Assembly (NCBI GenBank): GCA_963771465.1 | Contig: CAVYTU010000008.1 | Span: 256,001 to 320,000 of the forward strand | Origin: an uncultured delta proteobacterium | Lineage (GTDB): Bacteria; Desulfobacterota; Binatia; UBA9968 | Direction of reading: 5' to 3' | DNA: 64,000 bases | Shown here: positions 48,880 through 58,413 of the stretch, in pieces | How the letters are laid out: the number at the start of each line of letters is the position of its first letter | How positions within the stretch are numbered: the first letter of the stretch is position 1 | The notes under the pieces: model-generated | What the model saw: the letters and a program-made list of their open reading frames with translations, nothing else | Told to the model about the DNA's origin: nothing | The model's database searches: none | Program-made: the position numbers and the translations under genes

Positions 48880-50592
48880 TCAAGGCGGAAGTTGGATGCC
48901 TGCCTTCGCGTACGATTCTTCAAGCTTTGCCAAACCTTCTCTATCTTCGGTGAGATCGTAGACAAAAATAGAGTATCCGATCTTGGCTATCGGCTGTCGC
49001 GTCCACAACCAGCGAAATAGCGGGTAATAAGCGGTCGAAACATCTTGCAAGTTGTAAACGCTGATTGCCAGAATTTTGCGCGGGGCTGTGGCCGGAACTT
49101 TGTCCGCGGGCGGCGGCCATTCTAAAGGCCACGCTCCGGGCACGTATTGATAACGAATGCCGTAATAGGATGGAGGAGCGGTACCGAAGTATGACAAATA
49201 GATCATCGGAAGATTGTTTTTATCGATATAGGCCTTGAGGCCTTCCAGGTCCTGGCCCCAGTCGAGATTCGAATCGCTCAGGTAGCGATAACCTTCTTCG
49301 GGTCCCCCAACGAGTTCATTGAAGTAAGCCAGCTGATGCGGTGCAACCCGGAGCGAAGAGATAGCCGTCAAGACCACTGGGATCCCGATAAGCACGGGTG
49401 CGAGCCAGGGGCGGTGGAGTCGGACCGTTGCAAGTCGCGACGCGAGGACGAACAAAAGGGGATACACAGGAAGAAGATGGCGCAGACCGATACTGATCTT
49501 CGACTGGGTCATAACGGTAAAGAAAATGACCACTGGCAAGAGAAGAACAATGGCGTCACGCCGCCTGAGAGGAGATCCGGCTCTATAAAATGCAAAGGAC
49601 GCAAATATTAGAGCAAGACTGCCGATTGGCGTCTTGATTAGAAAAGAGATTATGAAATAGCTCCACCAGCCCTGGTAGGAATATTCTCCCAAGAAAAAAG
49701 CCAGCAGGCCTGCTTGGGCCAAACTTAAAAACTCAAAAAGGCCGGATAGCCACGGCTGAAATCCCTGAAAAAAGTAAGCTGACGGAACCGTAAGGAAGGC
49801 AAGAAAAAGTATGAGAGAAAAGACCGCTGCTGCCTGAAAGAGCTTGTGCCGTAGCTCGTCTTCATTCTGTTTTAAGGGCAAGAGAGTATAAGGGTTCCGA
49901 TCGATTATAAGAGGTAGAGCAACGATCAAAGCGAGGGTGGGAATAAGGAGAATCGCTGAATATTTAGAGAGTAAGGCCATGCCTGTAGAAATGCCGGTGG
50001 CGACCAGAACCCACCATCGGGGTGAATTGAGATACTCCCAGAGAAGGTAGAGAGCCAAGAAAATAAATAGAGTGACGCCGATGTCGGTAGTTATGAGAGA
50101 GGAATGCGCGATGAGAATCGGCTCCAAAGACGCAAGCGCCATGGCCAGCATCGCTGCGCGATTACCCCAAAGTCGGTAGGCCCACCATCCGGTGAGCACT
50201 AAGAGGACGCCGCCGAGAAACAAATTAGGCAAGCGACTCAGAGCAAGGATTCGATCAGCCGGAACTGCGGATTTGTACAGGAAGTCACGCCCAATGAGAT
50301 AACCATATCGGTCGTGCCAGAGTTGTGGATCGGGATTGAAAGGGAGCCGATGGACTAGAAAGAGCGGGAGTGCGAAAAGCTCTTTGAGCAGCGGCGGGTT
50401 TTGCGGCTCGAGGCGAAAGTCTTTCTTTGTAAGATAGGAGTACCCTGCAGCGAGATGCATGGCCTCGTCAACCGTTTGAGAGTTGGCGCGAATGAAGAAA
50501 GTTCCCTGCACGAAAAAACCGAGCAGTATCAATACCGCTCCAATGAGCGCGGATTTAGTTGTGAATGAAATCAAAGTACTCGTGCATGCCAT
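48880..50592 (-). CDS. Membrane glycosyltransferase, GT39/PMT-ArnT-like (copy 1)
   Basis: TVDEAMHLAAGYSY, PPLLK, AHSSLITTD, SKYSA, DSNLDWGQD. Confidence 0.88.
   Translation of the reverse strand: MACTSTLISFTTKSALIGAVLILLGFFVQGTFFIRANSQTVDEAMHLAAGYSYLTKKDFRLEPQNPPLLKELFALPLFLVHRLPFNPDPQLWHDRYGYLIGRDFLYKSAVPADRILALSRLPNLFLGGVLLVLTGWWAYRLWGNRAAMLAMALASLEPILIAHSSLITTDIGVTLFIFLALYLLWEYLNSPRWWVLVATGISTGMALLSKYSAILLIPTLALIVALPLIIDRNPYTLLPLKQNEDELRHKLFQAAAVFSLILFLAFLTVPSAYFFQGFQPWLSGLFEFLSLAQAGLLAFFLGEYSYQGWWSYFIISFLIKTPIGSLALIFASFAFYRAGSPLRRRDAIVLLLPVVIFFTVMTQSKISIGLRHLLPVYPLLFVLASRLATVRLHRPWLAPVLIGIPVVLTAISSLRVAPHQLAYFNELVGGPEEGYRYLSDSNLDWGQDLEGLKAYIDKNNLPMIYLSYFGTAPPSYYGIRYQYVPGAWPLEWPPPADKVPATAPRKILAISVYNLQDVSTAYYPLFRWLWTRQPIAKIGYSIFVYDLTEDREGLAKLEESYAKAGIQLPP
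48899..49475. repeat. ~577-bp near-identical direct repeat (second copy 50778-51354)
   Basis: By-eye alignment at offset 1879 shows about 4 substitutions. Confidence 0.9.
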
Positions 50593-50758
50593 GTGGGTAA
50601 ATGGGGCTCACGTCTCCGACTGGTCCGCCCATAGTACATTGATCAGTTGTGGAAAACTTGGTTCTGTTTGCCCCACTCGATTGAAAACGGCAACATGGCT
50701 CTGTCGAGCAGGTAATGTTTGCGTCAATGCTCGATCGCTAAAAACCAGCAACGAGAAC

Positions 50759-52444
50759 TCAGGGCGGCAGTGTAATCCCTGCCTTCGCGTACGATTCTTC
50801 AAGCTTTGCCAAACCTTCTCTATCTTCGGTGAGATCGTAGACAAAAATAGAGTATCCAATCTTGGCTATCGGCTGTCGCGTCCAGAGCCAGCGAAATAGC
50901 GGGTAATAAGCGGTCGAAACATCTTGCAAGTTGTAAACGCTGATTGCCAGAATTTTGCGCGGGGCTGTGGCCGGAACTTTGTCCGCGGGCGGCGGCCATT
51001 CTAAAGGCCACGCTCCGGGCACGTATTGATAACGAATGCCGTAATAGGATGGAGGAGCGGTACCGAAGTATGACAAATAGATCATCGGAAGATTGTTTTT
51101 ATCGATATAGGCCTTGAGGCCTTCCAGGTCCTGGCCCCAGTCGAGATTCGAATCGCTCAGGTAGCGATAACCTTCTTCGGGTCCCCCAACGAGTTCATTG
51201 AAGTAAGCCAGCTGATGCGGTGCAACCCGGAGCGAAGAGATAGCCGTCAAGACCACTGGGATCCCGATAAGCACGGGTGCGAGCCAGGGGCGGTGGAATC
51301 GGACCGTTGCAAGTCGCGACGCGAGGACGAACAAAAGGGGATACACAGGAAGAATATGACGCAGACCGATGTTCACTTTCGCTTGGCTCGTAGCAACGAA
51401 GATAAACACCACGGGTACTAATAGTAAAATCGCTTCGCGCCTGCCAAGTCGGGTGCCGACGCGGTAAAAAGCTAGCGACGCTGCGATCAGTATGAGACTG
51501 CCGATCGGTGTTTTAATGAGAAACGATACTATAAAATAGTTCCACCACCCTAGGTAAGAGGATTCTCCGAGGAAGAAGGCGAGCCGTCCCGCATGGGCCA
51601 AGCTCATAAACTGCTCCAAACCGGAGATCCAAGGAGTAAAGCCTTGAAATAAGTAGGCTGGAGGAATCGTTACGACGGCAAATGATAGAATCACAAAAAA
51701 CACGGCTGCTGCCTGAAAGAACTTGTGTCGTGGCTCATTTTTATTCCGTTCCAAGGGCAAGAGAGTATAAGTGTTGATTAAGAACAATAATGTAATGATC
51801 AGAGCAATTATCGGAATGAGAAGAAGCGCTGAAAATTTAGAGACAAGCGCCAAGCCTGTACAAATGCCCGTGAGCGCTAAAACCCACCATTTGGGTTGAT
51901 TTAAATACTCCCAAAGAAAATAGAGCGCGAGAAAAATGAAGAGGGCGACACCAAGATCGGTAGTAATGAGGGAGGAATGAGCGACGAGATTCGGTTCCAA
52001 AGACGTAAGCGCCATGGCTAGTATGGCGGCGCGGCTTCCCCATAGACTGTAGGCCCACCAACCCACCGCTAGTACCAACACGCCTCCGAGTAATAAATTA
52101 GGGAAGCGACTTACAGCAAGTATTCCATCCGCAGAAAGCGTGGATTTGTACAGGAAGTCCTGTCCGATGATGTAACCGTCCGCGCCACGCCACTGTTGTG
52201 GATTTGGATTGAAGGCGGGCCTGTAAATTATGAAAAGAGGAAGCGCTTGAAGTTCTTTTATGAGGGGGGGATGCTCAGGATCAAGACGAAAGTCTCTTCT
52301 GTCAAGATAAGAATACCCTGCTGCGATATGGATTCCCTCGTCGTAGGTTGGCGAGTTGGTCCAGATGAAAAAGGCGCCCTGCGCGAGGAATACGACGAGA
52401 AAAAGTGTTCCGGCGCCGGCAAATTTAATTGTATTCAGACGCAA
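50759..52444 (-). CDS. Membrane glycosyltransferase, GT39/PMT-ArnT-like (copy 2)
   Basis: PTYDEGIHIAAGYSY, EHPPLIK, DSNLDWGQD; start approximate. Confidence 0.88.
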   Translation of the reverse strand: MRLNTIKFAGAGTLFLVVFLAQGAFFIWTNSPTYDEGIHIAAGYSYLDRRDFRLDPEHPPLIKELQALPLFIIYRPAFNPNPQQWRGADGYIIGQDFLYKSTLSADGILAVSRFPNLLLGGVLVLAVGWWAYSLWGSRAAILAMALTSLEPNLVAHSSLITTDLGVALFIFLALYFLWEYLNQPKWWVLALTGICTGLALVSKFSALLLIPIIALIITLLFLINTYTLLPLERNKNEPRHKFFQAAAVFFVILSFAVVTIPPAYLFQGFTPWISGLEQFMSLAHAGRLAFFLGESSYLGWWNYFIVSFLIKTPIGSLILIAASLAFYRVGTRLGRREAILLLVPVVFIFVATSQAKVNIGLRHILPVYPLLFVLASRLATVRFHRPWLAPVLIGIPVVLTAISSLRVAPHQLAYFNELVGGPEEGYRYLSDSNLDWGQDLEGLKAYIDKNNLPMIYLSYFGTAPPSYYGIRYQYVPGAWPLEWPPPADKVPATAPRKILAISVYNLQDVSTAYYPLFRWLWTRQPIAKIGYSIFVYDLTEDREGLAKLEESYAKAGITLPP

Positions 52445-52466
52445 AGGATATACTTTGGAAGGCCAA

Positions 52467-53639
52467 TCAGTTGAACCCCGCCGTCTGCAAGAGCGTTTTA
52501 AGGACGCGGTCGGCAGCGAAGCACTCGCGCGCCACCTCAGCGGCATGGGCGGCCGCTCGCTCGTAATCCGACTCAATTATCTTGACTGCTTCAGCGGCTT
52601 CTTCGACAGTTTGAAACGCGTGTAATCCCGGCCCGAGAGGCAGAACTTCCCCGAAGCCGGTGTCGTGTTCCACAGCGGGTCTCCCGGCGGCCAAGTAACA
52701 GGCGGCGCGATCACTGAACCAGCCGGTTCGCAGTTTGATATTCATTTCTTTCGCCACCGTAAACTCAGCGCGGGAGTTGCATAGATAGTTTCGATATTGC
52801 CAAGGATCGAATGAGACCTCTTCGGGATTGACCAATTTCCAGCCGTGTCCGGAAAGCAAATCGGCGTCTCCCGGGACACTCTGAACGTTCATTGCAAGCT
52901 CGAATGAGGCTCCGGTTCGCGCCGGCAAGGCAAGAAACCCGAGCCATTCGCGGCGTTTTTGCCAGTGAAGAGTCTCGCCTCGATACTTTATGTCGCGACC
53001 CGACGTATTCCAGACACCGACGGTGGTATAGCAAGGTCCCGGCGGCATGGTATTTTTCCAGAGCTTCAGCACTACTGGTTGGCGCGTGGGATACCAGTCC
53101 ATGCCAGCTGTCGGGGTATCAGATCGAAGCGTGCCGATGTTTTCACCGAAAGTGAAAAGCTTGTCATAGCTCTTTAAGAGCTTACGCAGAATGTCATCGC
53201 CATTTACGAGTCTCAACTGTGTATAAGCAGGATCCGAATCGATGTAGATCGACTGTGCGCCTGCTCGCCTCTCGAGTGAGATATCGTTTACATCTCCCAG
53301 GTTGATCAACAGATCCGCCCCACGGAGAAGCTCCTCGGCTAATTTGGCTCCAGGCCCATACCTCACGCCCCGCTGGCTATCTATAAAACACCAGTGATCG
53401 CCAAAGCCGACGCGTTCCAGAAACTCCCCTGCCGTTTTGATTCCGTAATCGTACGAAGGGCCGTACTCTTTAGTGATAGGATTGTACGCCAGGCTGTAAT
53501 GAGCCGTGTCCTCATAGAACCACACGTCATAGCCTAACGATTTGAGGCCTAGGAGATAGTGCGCGGCCTGCCACGCATAGCCGCCGATCGGAAAGCGCAC
53601 CAGGTACCCGGCGAAAACGATTCTCAAATTACGGTTCAT
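52467..53639 (-). CDS. Putative GT-B glycosyltransferase (paralogue 4)
   Basis: GG..W...HYLLGL..LG.DVWFYED; EFTVAK..GWFSDR..CYLAAGRP....TGF. Confidence 0.8.
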   Translation of the reverse strand: MNRNLRIVFAGYLVRFPIGGYAWQAAHYLLGLKSLGYDVWFYEDTAHYSLAYNPITKEYGPSYDYGIKTAGEFLERVGFGDHWCFIDSQRGVRYGPGAKLAEELLRGADLLINLGDVNDISLERRAGAQSIYIDSDPAYTQLRLVNGDDILRKLLKSYDKLFTFGENIGTLRSDTPTAGMDWYPTRQPVVLKLWKNTMPPGPCYTTVGVWNTSGRDIKYRGETLHWQKRREWLGFLALPARTGASFELAMNVQSVPGDADLLSGHGWKLVNPEEVSFDPWQYRNYLCNSRAEFTVAKEMNIKLRTGWFSDRAACYLAAGRPAVEHDTGFGEVLPLGPGLHAFQTVEEAAEAVKIIESDYERAAAHAAEVARECFAADRVLKTLLQTAGFN

Positions 53640-54786
53640 ACCCGGCAAGTCGCATGAGTCGGCTTAACACTAGATCGGAATCGAGAAATTCTCGCGCGAA
53701 GGAGACTGCCGCTGCGGCGTGCCGCGCATAGTCGCTCTCGACATTGTTGATGGCTTCGGCCGCAGTATCAATATCGGTAAAAGTCAAAAACCCGCTTCCT
53801 GTCGGCAGATATTTTCCGATACCCGTATCTTGAACGATGACAGGTCTCCCTGCCGCCAGGTAACAAGCGCTCCGATCACTGAACCAGCCCGTCCGTCCCG
53901 CGGTATAGCCGCCCTTAACAACCGTAAATTCTCCTCTGGAGCCGAAGATGTATCTCCGATAGTCATCGGGAGTCGAGGCATGATCACTAGGCGAAACCAG
54001 ACGCCAGTCATGCTGCTCGAGTTCAAATCGAGCTTTTTCATTGGAATTAATGAGCAGGCAGATTTCCAAGGGGACAGAGACTCGCTGGGGAAGATCGATC
54101 AGACGTAAAAACTCGTCTGCTTTCTGTCCGTACCATACACCGCGCCATTGTACAGGTTTGAACCCGCGCCAGTCGGCGATCGTCGAATAGGCCAGCCCGG
54201 GAACTTGGTCAGTGATCCACTCACAGAGTACCACCGGAGGAAGGGTGCTCTCCCAGCGAATCCCGCAAGTAGGAAATGGGCAATCCGTTTTCCCAAGATT
54301 TAAGCCGGTCGTGACGTACACGTCATGGCCACGCAGATAGATGTCAAATCCCAGCTCTTGCCAGATCTGTGTATATCCTGGGTCCATGTCGAGATACATA
54401 CGCTTGCGCACTTTTGTTAGGATCGACTCTCGGCGCAAATTTCCGGACAGATTGATTAACAGGTCGATGTCGGGTGCAAGTCTCTCAAGCTGTGCAAGAG
54501 AGAGTCCCACAGAACCTGAGTCGTCGCGGTCGAATAAGGCAGCGTGATCGGCGAGGTCGAATCGGTCTATCAATGTGCGGAAATGGGTTGCGTTTACAGA
54601 ATGGGCAAAGCACACGCGCTGGCCGTCCTCGTCCACGCACTTCTCCGGAGCGATTTGCTCGATATAATAGGCATCAAATCCGAGCCGGCGTAAACCGAGA
54701 ACGTACTGCAGGAACGCCCATGTATTGCCGCCATAGCCCGGGCCCGCCCCGGCAACGCATCCGGCGATCATAATTCGTTTCGCCAT
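53629..54786 (-). CDS. Putative GT-B glycosyltransferase (paralogue 3)
   Basis: GGNTWAFLQYVLGL; DMDPGYTQ; GWFSDRSACYLAAGRPVIVQDTG. Confidence 0.8.
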   Translation of the reverse strand: MAKRIMIAGCVAGAGPGYGGNTWAFLQYVLGLRRLGFDAYYIEQIAPEKCVDEDGQRVCFAHSVNATHFRTLIDRFDLADHAALFDRDDSGSVGLSLAQLERLAPDIDLLINLSGNLRRESILTKVRKRMYLDMDPGYTQIWQELGFDIYLRGHDVYVTTGLNLGKTDCPFPTCGIRWESTLPPVVLCEWITDQVPGLAYSTIADWRGFKPVQWRGVWYGQKADEFLRLIDLPQRVSVPLEICLLINSNEKARFELEQHDWRLVSPSDHASTPDDYRRYIFGSRGEFTVVKGGYTAGRTGWFSDRSACYLAAGRPVIVQDTGIGKYLPTGSGFLTFTDIDTAAEAINNVESDYARHAAAAVSFAREFLDSDLVLSRLMRLAGYEP

Positions 54787-54850
54787 ACTAATTAGCGCTC
54801 AGTACCGACACTCGCCATTGATCGTGAGATTCAGCAGCAGGTCTAGCTAG

Positions 54851-56014
54851 CTAAATCCCCACCGCTTGTAAAAGCCTGCCAAGCACCTTCTCTGCTGAAA
54901 AGTACTCAGTGGCAATTTCTCGAGCAGCTTCACAGTGGCCGGCATAATCAGAATTGATTTTCTCCAGGGCCACCAGCACGTCGTCCATACTTGCAAACGA
55001 GAAAAGTCCTCGGCCTGTGGAAATGAACCGGCTAAAACCGGTGTCTTGGGTGATGACTGGCTTACCTGCAGCGAGATAACAGACGCTTCTGTCACTGAAC
55101 CAGCCACTCCTGGTTCGCACTACCAAATCCTTCGATACTGTAAACTCGCCGCGGGAGACGTAAATGTAATCGCGGTAGGTTTCCAAATCGCAAGACTTTT
55201 CGTAAGCGTCGACCAAAGACCATCCATTCTGTTGCAAGGGCTGAGTGGTCGTCCCGTTATCGGCATCCAGAGCGAGCTCAAACTTTTGTGAAGTTCGCCG
55301 CGGGATATGCTGAAACTGAATGAAATTGAGATGCTTAGACCAGTAGTATGTGTCGCCGTCAAAGACAATATCCTTTCCGGTATTCTTCCAGACAGTGATC
55401 GTCGTGAAGTTCTTCGCTTCCGGGTTGAATCGATATTCCCACAGGTCGAGCAAAACCGGAGGACGGGTCGCCGTCCACTTGAATCTATCTAAGGGCACGC
55501 GGCAGTCAGGGTAACCGTAATTCTCGCCATAGGTAAAGTGATGCGTATGGGCATCCATGGACTCCGCGGTACGTTTGTCGCCCTGCGCCTCCTTCATCTG
55601 TTCATAAACAGGATCAGTCTGTATATAAATCCGAATGGGGCAGCTCAGATGCTCCTCCCGGAGGCGAGTTGCGCCACAAAGATTAAGAATTGCATCAGCC
55701 TCTCTAAAGACGCGCTGCACTGCGCCTCGGCTGAGGCCGTGATAGGTATTATGACCCATGTCCCAGTAAGCCCACCGCTCTTGTAGGCCACATCGCTCCA
55801 TGAGCCGCTTGAGAAAGTCGACGTTGTAAGAGCAGTCGTCTGCTACGGACCGAAGGCGAGGATCATAAGGAGGAGCACCGGAGTCCTCGACATAATAGAC
55901 GTCATATCCCAGCCGTTTGAGACCAATCAGGTGATGCAATGTCTGCCAGGCCACGCCGGCCAGTGGAAGTCGCCCAGCCAGATGCAGGACTAAAATGGTC
56001 TTACGTCGCGTCAT
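54851..56014 (-). CDS. Putative GT-B glycosyltransferase (paralogue 2)
   Basis: ILVLHLAG.LPLAGV; SRGEFTVSKD..RSGWFSDRSVCYLAAGKPVITQDTGF. Confidence 0.8.
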   Translation of the reverse strand: MTRRKTILVLHLAGRLPLAGVAWQTLHHLIGLKRLGYDVYYVEDSGAPPYDPRLRSVADDCSYNVDFLKRLMERCGLQERWAYWDMGHNTYHGLSRGAVQRVFREADAILNLCGATRLREEHLSCPIRIYIQTDPVYEQMKEAQGDKRTAESMDAHTHHFTYGENYGYPDCRVPLDRFKWTATRPPVLLDLWEYRFNPEAKNFTTITVWKNTGKDIVFDGDTYYWSKHLNFIQFQHIPRRTSQKFELALDADNGTTTQPLQQNGWSLVDAYEKSCDLETYRDYIYVSRGEFTVSKDLVVRTRSGWFSDRSVCYLAAGKPVITQDTGFSRFISTGRGLFSFASMDDVLVALEKINSDYAGHCEAAREIATEYFSAEKVLGRLLQAVGI

Positions 56015-56179
56015 ACCTTGGCGTTTTCCAGACATCCAGCCCAAGGCGGCCAATGAAAGGTCAAACTGAGAGAGCGCACGTCCACTTCCTGCCAGACATG
56101 CTGCGGCATTCGACCCATCAGTCAGGACAACTATTTACCATGACTCGCTCGCCTCGAGTGCTTGGGATTGTGCCCGCCA

Positions 56180-56935
56180 TCAGTCACTCGCACAGTTTTG
56201 AAGGTCTGTTTTAGATTCGCTCCCGGCGATGCGAACCTCGTAATCGTGAAGGAGTTGCTTTTTATCAAGCTGCTCTCGCACCTGGGGCTTTTTGGCTGCC
56301 ACAACTCTGACGCTGAAGTGACGACCTTCGCTATGTGGACGATGGCCATCCGTGAGATGGGTTGTCACGAAGTCTTCTCGCAAAAGCTCGCGAAGACTTT
56401 CCACCGACAACACCGTGGGTTCATCGGGAGTGGGCGCGCCTCCGATATCAACGCTAACAAACAGCGCGCCGTTCGGCTTTAGAAGCCGCCAAATTTCTTT
56501 CAACGCCACTGCCGGGTTCGGCATGTGATCGAGCGCGTTTCTGCATATGACCAAGTCGGCGCAGTCATCCAGGAGCGGAAGATTTTCGGCGCCAAGCGAC
56601 AGATAAACTGTGCGGCTGCCTTCTTCCTCGGCTATCAGCAATCCGAGTTTCTGATAAACATAAAGAAGCGGATCGATGGCCACTTTCACGGCCGCCGGAA
56701 ACGCACTGAGATCGCCGGTGCAGCCGCAGCCAATACTCACGACGACCTTGTCCGCCAACCATGTCGCATCTCGTTCGAGACAAGTCAGTATTTCCTTCAG
56801 CAAGAGCTTAGAGTAAGCCGCGCGTTCAGCGTCATAGGACCCGCCAAATTGATCGCGTCCATATTTTTCGTGGTAAAGAAACCAGCCGATCTCATCTAAA
56901 TAGCGCCGGTCGGTCAAGTCGGGAATTTGCGACAT
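56180..56935 (-). CDS. Class I SAM-dependent methyltransferase
   Basis: SIGCGCTGD, AENLPL.D..ADLV.C.NALDH, LKPNG. Confidence 0.85.
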   Translation of the reverse strand: MSQIPDLTDRRYLDEIGWFLYHEKYGRDQFGGSYDAERAAYSKLLLKEILTCLERDATWLADKVVVSIGCGCTGDLSAFPAAVKVAIDPLLYVYQKLGLLIAEEEGSRTVYLSLGAENLPLLDDCADLVICRNALDHMPNPAVALKEIWRLLKPNGALFVSVDIGGAPTPDEPTVLSVESLRELLREDFVTTHLTDGHRPHSEGRHFSVRVVAAKKPQVREQLDKKQLLHDYEVRIAGSESKTDLQNCASD

Positions 56936-56951
56936 CTTAGGCTCCTTCTTT

Positions 56952-58112
56952 TCACGAAATGCCGGCATCCTGAAGCAGTTCGCCTAACACACGATCGGCG
57001 CTGAAATATTCCGCCGCAATCTGCCGGGCTGCCTGGCAGTGGTGCGCGTAATCCGCATCAATTGCTCGCGCCGCTTCAACCGCCTCGTTTAGCGTTGCGA
57101 AAGCGAAAAGCCCCTGTCCCGTCGGGATGAACTTGCTAAACCCGGTTTCTTGTGTGATCACTGGCTTCCCTGCAGCCAGATAACATACGCTGCGATCGCT
57201 AAACCAACCGCTTCGGGTGCGCGCGAACACATCTTTCGCGACTGTGAATTCTCCGCGCGAGCTGGATATGTATTTGTGATAGCTCTGCAGCTCCAAAGAG
57301 ATGTCGAGCGCATCGATCAGAGACCATCGCTTCTCCGCCAGCTGATCCCTGACGGGCTTATCGGCTTGTGCGGCGATCTCGAATTTCTGTGAAGTTTCCG
57401 AGGGGATATCTTGGAAATATAAAAAGTTGACATGTTTGGACCAGTAATATTTCTGCCCCTGAAACATAACGTCCTCGGCGTGTTCTAAAGTGGCTATAGT
57501 GGTGAATTTTTCCGCTAGCGGAGTATAACAATATGGCCACAGGTCAAGAACGACGGGAGGACGTGTTGGGCTCCAGTCGAATCCGCTTAAAGGAAGCGGG
57601 CAGTCACGATGCCCAAGATTTTCCGCATAGGTGAAATGGTGCGTGTGCGCGGTTAGCAACGCCGTTGTTTTCTTATTTCCCTGACTAAGCTCGATCTGCG
57701 GTCGTGCAGGATCTGTCTCCAAATAGATTCGAATCGGACAGTCGAGATGCTCTTCGCGCAACCAGGTCCCCCCGCAGAGATTAATCAACGCATCAGCTTC
57801 TCCGTAGAGCGCGCGAAGCCTTTCAAGGGACAGGCCGTACGAGATGTTGTGGAGCGAGTCCCAATAGGCCCAACGGTCGCCGAGATCAAACCGTTCCATC
57901 ATCCTACAGATGAAAGCCACATTGTATGAGTAATCCTCGAGATTTCTTTTGGCGAGCGGGTTATATGGAGGAGCGCCGGAATCTTCAATATAATAAACGT
58001 CGTAGCCCAAACGCTTCAAACCGACCAAATAATGCAATGCTTGAAATCCCACTCCGGCTAATGGGTATTGTCCGGCGAGGTGCAGCACCAGAATTTTCTT
58101 GCGCTCACGCAT
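56952..58112 (-). CDS. Putative GT-B glycosyltransferase (paralogue 1)
   Basis: ILVLHLAGQYPLAGV; SRGEFTVAKD..RSGWFSDRSVCYLAAGKPVITQETGF. Confidence 0.8.
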   Translation of the reverse strand: MRERKKILVLHLAGQYPLAGVGFQALHYLVGLKRLGYDVYYIEDSGAPPYNPLAKRNLEDYSYNVAFICRMMERFDLGDRWAYWDSLHNISYGLSLERLRALYGEADALINLCGGTWLREEHLDCPIRIYLETDPARPQIELSQGNKKTTALLTAHTHHFTYAENLGHRDCPLPLSGFDWSPTRPPVVLDLWPYCYTPLAEKFTTIATLEHAEDVMFQGQKYYWSKHVNFLYFQDIPSETSQKFEIAAQADKPVRDQLAEKRWSLIDALDISLELQSYHKYISSSRGEFTVAKDVFARTRSGWFSDRSVCYLAAGKPVITQETGFSKFIPTGQGLFAFATLNEAVEAARAIDADYAHHCQAARQIAAEYFSADRVLGELLQDAGIS

Positions 58113-58227
58113 TGCTTATTCCAGGGTGCATTTCTTTACGCGGCGGAGGCGCCATTTTCCCGTTGGTGCGCAGTGCTGGTCCCAACTTCTTTTTTTCGTT
58201 TTTTATTAAGTAAGATTGGGGGTTGGT

Positions 58228-58383
58228 TCACAGACGTTTCGCACGCGTTTCTATCGCCCGCAAGAGTTGAATGCGCGAAGACGGCGGACGGCCGCCGAAC
58301 GCGTGTACTTTTTCGCGTCGGTAGAGGAACCGGAGGACCTCATCTAGATAGCGCGGATCAGTCGGCTCAGATGTGTCCGGCAT
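58228..58383 (-). pseudogene. 51-aa internally deleted relic of the methyltransferase
   Basis: MPDTSEPTDPRYLDEVLRFLYRREKVHAFGG aligns with the MTase N-terminus MSQIPDLTDRRYLDEIGWFLYHEKYGRDQFGG; below the ORF-track length cutoff. Confidence 0.7.
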
Positions 58384-58413
58384 GTTGTATTCTCACACAG
58401 GTTCGCCGTCGAA

